64,000 nucleotides of DNA, from positions 60,447-124,446 of the forward strand of contig JACIYJ010000006.1 of the NCBI GenBank assembly GCA_014360015.1, in the 5' to 3' direction. This document shows, piece by piece, positions 20,153 to 27,270 of the stretch. The DNA is from Candidatus Aminicenantes bacterium (lineage in GTDB: Bacteria > Acidobacteriota > Aminicenantia > Aminicenantales > Saccharicenantaceae). The number at the start of each line of letters is the position of its first letter. Position 1 is the first letter of the stretch. Below the pieces are notes generated by a model that worked only from the letters and a program-made list of their open reading frames with translations, searched no databases and was not told the DNA's origin. Both the position numbers and the translations under genes were made by a program.

Positions 20153-20470
20153 TTAAGATTTTTTATCAGATTTATTATCCCGATTACCGTTATGATAATC
20201 GAGATTGCAAGGTTCAGACATTTTCCTAAAAAGCTCATTCCATGCACGTTTAAATTGTTCATTGTGATTAACTCCTTCCTTGATATGGGCAAGTTCGTGT
20301 GATACTATATGGGCAAATGTTTTGATTGAATTTATCTTATTCCAGTTAACAACGATAAGCCTTTCTTCAGGGAAGCAAATGCCTTTAATTTCATTCTTTA
20401 AAGGAGTTATCAATATACTCCTCGCCCCAATAGCTCTTGCAAGTTTTAAAATAGTTTTTAGTCTTATCAT
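20153..20470 (-). CDS. Small HExxH zinc-metalloprotease-like protein (SprT/WLM/YgjP-like) inside CRISPR array 1
   Basis: RBS GGAGGT; motif HELAHIKEGVNHNEQF; lies between two repeats. Confidence 0.75.
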   Translation of the reverse strand: MIRLKTILKLARAIGARSILITPLKNEIKGICFPEERLIVVNWNKINSIKTFAHIVSHELAHIKEGVNHNEQFKRAWNELFRKMSEPCNLDYHNGNRDNKSDKKS

Positions 20471-21346
20471 AGTTTGACCTCCATAAAAGATTTGAGAATC
20501 GGATCCCGTTGAGTCGCAACCCCTTCTTAATAAGAGGTCCTATTCCTACCGAAGAAACAGCAAAGTTCAGATTCGAGGATGAGGAGTCGCAATCCCTTCT
20601 TAATAAGAGGTCCTATTCCTACCTTGTAAGAAAGGCTGGATTTTTCGATATTTACTTCGAGTCGCAATCCCTTCTTAATAAGAGGTCCTATTCCTACAGG
20701 AGTTAAAAGAACAAATTGCCAGTTTAAAGGGTCGCAATCCCTTCTTAATAAGAGGTCCTATTCCTACAGGGAAGAGGAGCTGGATTTACAACTTGGATCT
20801 ATGTCGCAATCCCTTCTTAATAAGAGGTCCTATTCCTACCTTCAGCTTTAGGAAAGTCCGGTCCTCAGAAGGGTCATGTCGCAATCCCTTCTTAAAAAGA
20901 GGTCCTATTCCTACTCAGGATGCTGCTGTATAATTACGGCGGCTGGTTGACCTGTCGCAATCCCTTCTTAATAAGAGGTCCTATTCCTACAGGGAAGAGG
21001 AGCTGGATTTACAACTTGGATCTATGTCGCAATCCCTTCTTAATAAGAGGTCTTCTTCCTACGAAAAGAGATATTGGCTTATTTCCTCGTCCCCTGGCGT
21101 CGCAATCCCTTCTTAATAAGAGGTCTTATTCCTACTCGATGATGTTGAGGAAGAAGAGTGGAAGGAAATGTCGCAATCCCTTCTTAATAAGAGGTCCTAT
21201 TCCTACAAAAGGAGGTAGAAAAATGGAAAAAGTAAGGATGTCGCAATCCCTTCTTAATAAGAGGTCCTATTCCTACTTAAAGGCGCGTATTATAGAATTT
21301 TGTTTTTTAGTCGCAATCCCTTCTTAATAAGAGGTCCTATTCCTAC

Positions 21347-21456
21347 TGCGAGCCTTTATAACTTCTTTATTATCAGCGCAATACAAGCCCCCTTGTCCAA
21401 AATTTTTGTTCCTCACAATGTTAACAAAGAAACATTTCAGAAACGTTTCTTTTTTG
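21347..21456 (-). promoter_or_regulatory. Leader of array 1
   Basis: About 110 bp nearly identical to 25887-25995; contains the operator at 21426-21452. Confidence 0.85.
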
Positions 21457-21568
21457 CTATTCATCCCGATCCTCCAAAATTCGCCTCATAGGCTCCAATT
21501 AAAATAAAAATAACTAATCAATGCCTTCTCCCCATTCTATCACCACTTTTCCAATATTAATTTCATTC

Positions 21569-21853
21569 TTAATCATCGTCAAGGTAAATCCAAACTCCGG
21601 CTGGCACTTTTTCTCCCTGTCCCATGGCTATAGACTCAAAATCCGCCAGTAAAGGATAAATCCTGACGTCATCCTCTTTCTCTTCAATCATCTCACCTAA
21701 CTGCCTGTAGAGCCTTTTCAACTCTTCAGGTGAGAGTGCAAAATAAAACACTGACTTCTGAAGGTGTATCCCTTTGCCTTTTAAAAACCGGTGTACACGG
21801 TTTAGTCTTCGCTCATCCTTTATGTCATAAGATACTAAATATACGGATTTCAT
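21569..21853 (-). CDS. cas2: CRISPR-associated endoribonuclease Cas2
   Basis: YLVSYDI..RRL, LQKSVF, DDVRIY. Confidence 0.93.
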   Translation of the reverse strand: MKSVYLVSYDIKDERRLNRVHRFLKGKGIHLQKSVFYFALSPEELKRLYRQLGEMIEEKEDDVRIYPLLADFESIAMGQGEKVPAGVWIYLDDD

Positions 21854-22662
21854 ACCTTAAGCTCCTTGATGAGGTAAAAGAAATCATCTATTACTTTATT
21901 TATTTGATTATCGAGTTCAGACCTTTTATTTTCAAAGCGATGGATTATATTTCTATAGCCGTCACTGGTCAAATAGACTCTTTCCCCGCATTTTTGCACA
22001 AATCGGCTATAATTAGTTTGTTTAAAGAAAAGAATAACCTGCTCATCAATCTTCGCTTCAAGAAGATAAACCAGATCCAATACAAAACCAAAATTTACTC
22101 GCCTGAAATATGCTCCAGTATGAACATCAAGCCCGGCCTTAATCAGATTTATGGTTATTAGACCTTTCAATAGAAAGCTAACTACATCCTTTACTACCCG
22201 AGTTAAATATTTATCTCTGGGTATAAGTTTAGCCAGCAAAACTTCATAATCTCCCTCACCAAGCACATTGCTATTTCTCAAATAGGGAAAATATTTTTTA
22301 AGCAGCCGAAGCTGCAAACACATCCGATAGGCTTTTAGCCATTTTATGTATTTAAAGAGATTAATAGCATTTTCCAGAATAATTCGTTGTTCCTTGAAAT
22401 GATTTGCCAATTTGTGATTGAAAGGCAACAAAATGGCTATATCTTCTCCGGAATGACGGCTGACAATTAACGGAATATTCTGCTCAGCTAAAGCCAGCAT
22501 TGCCTCGCTTGAAATCTTTATGTTCCCTATCACATAAACTCTATTTATCAGCCGGAGCGGAACTCTTTGCCCAGCCTTCATCGGTTTCTGAATCCAGAGA
22601 GAAGGACCATCAGCGGTAACCTCAATATTTTCATTATCAACAAGATAAAGGCTCCTATCCAT
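21850..22662 (-). CDS. cas1: Divergent Cas1 paralog, probably catalytically inactive
   Basis: Cas1-like N-terminus (RVPLRLINRVYVIGN) and GLD.H.G region; lacks the GFxH His and the DLxE Glu. Confidence 0.7.
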   Translation of the reverse strand: MDRSLYLVDNENIEVTADGPSLWIQKPMKAGQRVPLRLINRVYVIGNIKISSEAMLALAEQNIPLIVSRHSGEDIAILLPFNHKLANHFKEQRIILENAINLFKYIKWLKAYRMCLQLRLLKKYFPYLRNSNVLGEGDYEVLLAKLIPRDKYLTRVVKDVVSFLLKGLITINLIKAGLDVHTGAYFRRVNFGFVLDLVYLLEAKIDEQVILFFKQTNYSRFVQKCGERVYLTSDGYRNIIHRFENKRSELDNQINKVIDDFFYLIKELKV

Positions 22663-23599
22663 TCAACAACCTCCTGGCTAAGTTTTGAACATATGACCTC
22701 CAGAGCGGTCTTTTTTCCCTGGCCCATTCTTCATAATGTCTAAAATATTTTTCACGACTCTTCTTTTTCAAAAAGCAACCATCCTGACCACCTGACTCTG
22801 AGCGAGTAAAATCATCCTCCTTAAACTCTCTTTCTCTAAATAAATTAAACACAAACCTGTCGGCATCTGCTCGAAAGGCCTCCACTAAGTCACACGCCAG
22901 TGATTCCCGTCCATATTCAAATGAATGGTAAAAGCCAATGACGGGATCGAGACCTATCAGTTCAATTTCTCTTACCAGCTCAAAATGAAGAAGGGTGTAA
23001 GTAAGGGACAAAAGAGCATTAACCGGATCAACCGGAGGTCTCCTTCTTCTGCCGGCGAAATTCAATGATGGCGGGAAAACAAGAGTCAGAGCCTTAAAAT
23101 AGCAGTTGGCAGCGCTTCCTTCCAACCCTCGAATAGAGTCAGGACTGTCTGCCTCTTTGAGTTGATTGCAAATAAATTCCATAGATTGAATGGAGCTGGA
23201 GATTTCAGATTTAAATTCTGGCCTCAAATCTTTCAGTTCAGCCAGAAACTCAATCTGTTTTTTCAGCTTTGCTTCCATTAGTTCTCTGGAAAAAATTAAG
23301 GTAAAAAAACTGAGGCTTTTCTCGTATTGTTTAACCCTAAGTAAACCATTATTATGAAGACGTCCATGGAGTATTCCTCTAAAAGCCAGTCGTCGACCGG
23401 ATAAAAATATTACCGCTATGTTGTTTAAAGCCAGTCTGTGCAGGACGAGAGTTTCAATCCTGACGTTTCCTATTATTACAACTCTTTCTAAAGGCTGGAG
23501 GGGTGCAGAGCCTTCACGATTGCCTTGGCAATAGAAAACCAATGAATTACCTTCTACTTTGATTTCTATATCCTTGCGGTCAATGTAAAGGCTTCCCAT
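22655..23599 (-). CDS. cas1: CRISPR-associated endonuclease Cas1
   Basis: RGLEGSAA, RRPPVDPVNALLSL, GFYH, LACDLVEAFR; start moved to ATG 23599. Confidence 0.95.
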   Translation of the reverse strand: MGSLYIDRKDIEIKVEGNSLVFYCQGNREGSAPLQPLERVVIIGNVRIETLVLHRLALNNIAVIFLSGRRLAFRGILHGRLHNNGLLRVKQYEKSLSFFTLIFSRELMEAKLKKQIEFLAELKDLRPEFKSEISSSIQSMEFICNQLKEADSPDSIRGLEGSAANCYFKALTLVFPPSLNFAGRRRRPPVDPVNALLSLTYTLLHFELVREIELIGLDPVIGFYHSFEYGRESLACDLVEAFRADADRFVFNLFREREFKEDDFTRSESGGQDGCFLKKKSREKYFRHYEEWAREKRPLWRSYVQNLARRLLNG

Positions 23600-23612
23600 T
23601 TTTATAAACTCC

Positions 23613-23897
23613 CTAACTGATATAAAAATAGGATGGGTCGCGAGGCAAAAGAGCGATCCCAAGGATCAAGGTCCTGGCTCGTCTATCAACTTGAAATATG
23701 TGCACCCTATCACTGTCCTCATCTATCATCTCCTTTAACTCCTCAATGACATGTGATAATTCAGCCTCAGTTAGAAAACATTCGTAAACTGATTTTTGCC
23801 CACCTGTGCTGTAGCCTTTTAAAAAATTCCGGACTTTGTTTAACCTTTTATCTTCGGTTATATCATAGGCAATCACATAAAAAAGCCGAGAACCCAT
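23613..23897 (-). CDS. cas2: CRISPR-associated endoribonuclease Cas2
   Basis: YVIAYDI, GGQKSVYEC, DRVHI. Confidence 0.93.
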   Translation of the reverse strand: MGSRLFYVIAYDITEDKRLNKVRNFLKGYSTGGQKSVYECFLTEAELSHVIEELKEMIDEDSDRVHIFQVDRRARTLILGIALLPRDPSYFYIS

Positions 23898-23969
23898 CTT
23901 TTCACTCCCGGCGTAGACTATTTACAATCTCCTGATTTAATAATCACACTGGCTGACTAAATAGGCAAC

Positions 23970-23998
23970 AAAAGAAACATTTCAGAAACGTTTCTTTT
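23970..23998. promoter_or_regulatory. Operator upstream of cas2-cas1-cas1'-cas2
   Basis: AAAAGAAACATTTCAGAAACGTTTCTTTT, just upstream of minus-strand TTGCCT-N17-GATTAT. Confidence 0.75.
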
Positions 23999-24137
23999 CG
24001 AAAAAGAGAGGACATTGGAATGATTAAAACAAAACTCGAGTGTAACTTATATTTTATTTTGTTTTTAAGTGGGTGAGCGCCTTGGTGCGGTCTTATGGGT
24101 GTGGCCGGAGATTAAATTTCCAATATTTTTAGCAGAT

Positions 24138-24170
24138 AAAAAGATAGAAGGCTTTTACCCGGTCTTCTAT
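24138..24170 (-). terminator. Putative terminator of the array-2 transcript
   Basis: ATAGAAG...CTTCTAT stem followed on the minus strand by CTTTTT, just past the terminal repeat. Confidence 0.55.
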
Positions 24171-24208
24171 TGTCATATTGCTTTCTTATTCTGAGGTCCT
24201 ATTCCTGC

Positions 24209-24416
24209 TCAATGGAGAGTTATCATGGGCAATCCGTCAACGTCTTTGTAATATGAGTAATTGCCTTTAGTGAAGACCAAGACCCTTCTGGGTGTTGGTC
24301 TTATAAATAATATTGTTCCTTTTTCTTCCACGTAAATAGAGCCTTGTATTGATCTAAATGGTCCACTAAAAAAATAAAAAGCCATAACACCAATCATTTA
24401 TGCTTAGGTATGCCAT
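24209..24416 (-). pseudogene. Small hypothetical gene in the array-2 cassette, either frameshifted or a 62-aa ORF from 24397
   Basis: RBS GAGGT plus ATG 24416 (MAYLSINDWCYGFLFF) joins the SGPFRSIQG...ITLH frame if one base of the A7 run (24368-24374) is removed; TGA abuts the repeat. Confidence 0.55.
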
Positions 24417-24419
24417 TTT

Positions 24420-24491
24420 TTACCTCTTTTTTCTAAGTTTTGCGATAAAACAAAGTAATAAAAAGATCCAAATTAAAATTTCAATCATCAT
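24420..24491 (-). CDS. 23-aa single-transmembrane peptide in the array-2 cassette
   Basis: RBS AAGGAG; MMIEILIWIFLLLCFIAKLRKKR*; manual translation. Confidence 0.6.
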   Translation of the reverse strand: MMIEILIWIFLLLCFIAKLRKKR

Positions 24492-25886
24492 ACATTCTCC
24501 TTTAAGGTTTTGAAGTCGCAATCCCTTCTTATTCTGAGGTCCTATTCCTACGAAGGCGCCCCAGGATTTGGGGTGCCATTTTTCAGTCGCAATCCCTTCT
24601 TATTCTGAGGTCCTATTCCTACCATTTTTCAGAGGGTCTTTTAGGTGTAGTAAGAATGATTTGTCGCAATCCCTTCTTATTCTGAGGTCCTATTCCTACT
24701 GAAAGGTTGGCAGGTTATTTTGTTGATTTGAGTCGCAATCCCTTCTTATTCTGAGGTCCTATTCCTACTGCGAACGGGGAAGAGAACCGGCACTTTGCCG
24801 GTTGCATGTCGCAATCCCTTCTTATTCTGAGGTCCTATTCCTACGAAATTTTCTTTTTGAAATAGCAAGTAGGGATAACAGTCGCAATCCCTTCTTATTC
24901 TGAGGTCCTATTCCTACTTTGGTTTAGGGTGGAAGGCGCTCCAGGATTTGGGGTCGCAATCCCTTCTTATTCTGAGGTCCTATTCCTACTAGGAAATTAG
25001 AAGATTATTTTTATTCCATGAAAAGTCGCAATCCCTTCTTATTCTGAGGTCCTATTCCTACTGGGGTGCCCTTTTTCCGTGGTAGTTTCAGGTGTACGAA
25101 GGTCGCAATCCCTTCTTATTCTGAGGTCCTATTCCTACTCATTTTCGTTGAAAAAAGGTGGGTGGGCCAAGGGAGTCGCAATCCCTTCTTATTCTGAGGT
25201 CCTATTCCTACTAAAAATGACAAAATAATTCGGGATTATTGTGATCGTGGTCGCAATCCCTTCTTATTCTGAGGTCCTATTCCTACGTAGAAGTTGTAGC
25301 TTCTGGATTTGCTATCTGGCACTTGAGGTCGCAATCCCTTCTTATTCTGAGGTCCTATTCCTACGGACCCTGTACTCGAGAAAATTGCTCGGGCTGCTGG
25401 GATTGTCGCAATCCCTTCTTATTCTGAGGTCCTATTCCTACAAATGGCAGCCACGGGAGATGCGACTCGTCTCAGAGTAGTCGCAATCCCTTCTTATTCT
25501 GAGGTCCTATTCCTACGAAAAAATGAAGGTTAAAGTGATAAGGATTGATGAAAGGTCGCAATCCCTTCTTATTCTGAGGTCCTATTCCTACAGGGAACCG
25601 TATCCTCATATTGCCGTCGGCGATGAGGGTCGCAATCCCTTCTTATTCTGAGGTCCTATTCCTACGAAGGTGAACTAATATAAGAAGGAAAAAGGCAGTG
25701 GAAGTCGCAATCCCTTCTTATTCTGAGGTCCTATTCCTACTCGCCCAAGATTGCGACAATAGTGCTAAAGCTGGTTAGTCGCAATCCCTTCTTATTCTGA
25801 GGTCCTATTCCTACTCGTTAAAACGTGGTGGGTGGTGTCGTGGATGCCTGTCGCAATCCCTTCTTATTCTGAGGTCCTATTCCTAC

Positions 25887-25995
25887 CGCGAGCCTTTATA
25901 ACTTCTTTATTATCAACGCAATACAAACCCCCTTGTCCAAAATTTCTGTTCCTGACAATGTTAACGAAGAAACATTTCAGAAACGTTTCTTTTTC
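25887..25995 (-). promoter_or_regulatory. Leader of array 2
   Basis: Homologous to leader 1; operator at 25967-25992. Confidence 0.85.
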
Positions 25996-26014
25996 AACCA
26001 TACTGATGTCTCTC

Positions 26015-27007
26015 TCATTCATTTTTTGAATCTACAATCTGATATTTACCCAGTCCAAAAGATGTTCCTTTACCTAAATGAAAAATCTCTCCCGCTTTCA
26101 ACATAGGCATAAAGCCAGAGATTTGTCCCCTGTAAACAACCCTGCCAACAAGCCCTCCGAGTTTCATCCTCACTTTTTGTCTGTGAGAATATCTCTCCCA
26201 ATCTGACCACTTAGCCTCATTCTTTTCGAGTCTCACCGTTCTGGCTCTTTCTATCAATTTTTTGTGATTCCATTCAGGTTCTTTATTTTCTCCGTGATAA
26301 AAATTAAGTAGAGCCAACCTTCTCATCAAATTAGTTATTAAAATATGAAACTCAAGCTTAGTAGCAAACTCTCTTTGGTACTTTATTCGGACAGGGGTTT
26401 TTAGTTCCAGCTGTAGCTCTTCTTCATCTCCACATCCACTCTCCTCTCCGCCCAGCTCATAGGGCTGATCTGAAAAATCTCTCTCTGGAACTTCAATCAT
26501 TCTATGAGCAGGTGGCTTTAATATTCGGGTTTTTCCATCATAGACAGGTTCCCCCGTAATTTCTACTTTTACTAATTCATACCTGCCACGTCCCTTTCCG
26601 ATACCTAACTCGCCAAGATATTCAAAGGCCATAATAAAATAAGGCAAATAATCTATTGCTTTCCCGATTAAAATCAGAACGAAAGAAATCTCAGATCCTG
26701 GTTCGTATAGCGGACGGGTTTCTTCTGGTGGCTCAATGACAAACGGATGCGGAATTGTTTCATACTTATCCATATTAAAAACTGCCGGGCCTTGAGGGGC
26801 CGGGGTTTCAAAAATATAAGCATAAGGACATTCCCGGACAATGGGACAATCCCGGCAATCTTTATTTCTAAAAACACAGATCACTTTTTTGAAGGCATTT
26901 CCAAAGCCGCCTCTGAAGGTAGATCCTTTGTACGGAGGAAGGTAGATAGGTTCCAGCGCCCGAAGGAAGAAGTCCAGTTTCTGATACTTAATAATCATTT
27001 GAAACAA
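26015..27007 (-). CDS. cas6: CRISPR precursor RNA endoribonuclease Cas6
   Basis: GSTFRGGFG, C-x-C cluster, C-terminal HLGKGTSFGLGKY glycine loop. Confidence 0.93.
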   Translation of the reverse strand: MFQMIIKYQKLDFFLRALEPIYLPPYKGSTFRGGFGNAFKKVICVFRNKDCRDCPIVRECPYAYIFETPAPQGPAVFNMDKYETIPHPFVIEPPEETRPLYEPGSEISFVLILIGKAIDYLPYFIMAFEYLGELGIGKGRGRYELVKVEITGEPVYDGKTRILKPPAHRMIEVPERDFSDQPYELGGEESGCGDEEELQLELKTPVRIKYQREFATKLEFHILITNLMRRLALLNFYHGENKEPEWNHKKLIERARTVRLEKNEAKWSDWERYSHRQKVRMKLGGLVGRVVYRGQISGFMPMLKAGEIFHLGKGTSFGLGKYQIVDSKNE

Positions 27008-27027
27008 ATCACCCTAAATAATAAAGC

Positions 27028-27270
27028 TCAAAACGGATTGTGGTCAAAGATAATGAGATCTCCGGTCACAGGTGAGCGATAGATAAGTTTGCAGGCTTTG
27101 CCATGAAGAAAATGGGCTATTTTTAAATAAAGCCAGATAGGTCCCGGCCCATGAAGGACCACTTCATTTCCTTCACCTGCCAGTTCATCTACCTTCCTTA
27201 GATAATTTCCAAGCTCTGTCAATTTAGCCTTCTCGTTATAAAGAGTAGAAACATCTATCTCCACAACCAT
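27028..27270 (-). CDS. csx3: Csx3 (Crn3) ring-nuclease-like protein
   Basis: 80 aa; VVLHGPGPIWLYLKIAHFLH motif; type III context. Confidence 0.75.
   Translation of the reverse strand: MVVEIDVSTLYNEKAKLTELGNYLRKVDELAGEGNEVVLHGPGPIWLYLKIAHFLHGKACKLIYRSPVTGDLIIFDHNPF

Larger units (their letters stand above)
19731..21346 (-). CRISPR. CRISPR array 1: 12 repeats (20513-21346) with 11 spacers of 33-39 nt, plus a terminal repeat at 19731-19767 separated by a 745-bp insert
   Basis: 37-bp repeat GTCGCAATCCCTTCTTAATAAGAGGTCCTATTCCTAC (+ strand). The minus-strand 3' end ATTGCGAC resembles a type III 8-nt tag. Leader lies on the right. Confidence 0.97.
24172..25886 (-). CRISPR. CRISPR array 2: 19 repeats (24515-25886) with 18 spacers of 32-41 nt, plus a degenerate terminal repeat at 24172-24208 separated by a 306-bp insert
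   Basis: 37-bp repeat GTCGCAATCCCTTCTTATTCTGAGGTCCTATTCCTAC; terminal copy GTCATATTGCTTTCTTATTCTGAGGTCCTATTCCTGC. Confidence 0.97.

Noticed and set aside
19768-20512. IS element as the explanation for the long inserts
   Set aside because: No transposase-like ORF, terminal inverted repeats or target duplication seen, and the flanking repeats are full length.
20509-21491. Plus-strand ORFs across array 1 (also 25241-25480 and 25832-26029 in array 2)
   Set aside because: They are translations of repeats and spacers with periodic peptides, not genes.
25741-25777. Spacer contains GATTGCGAC, complementary to the repeat end
   Set aside because: Only 9 nt and it reads as ordinary coding sequence; chance cannot be excluded.
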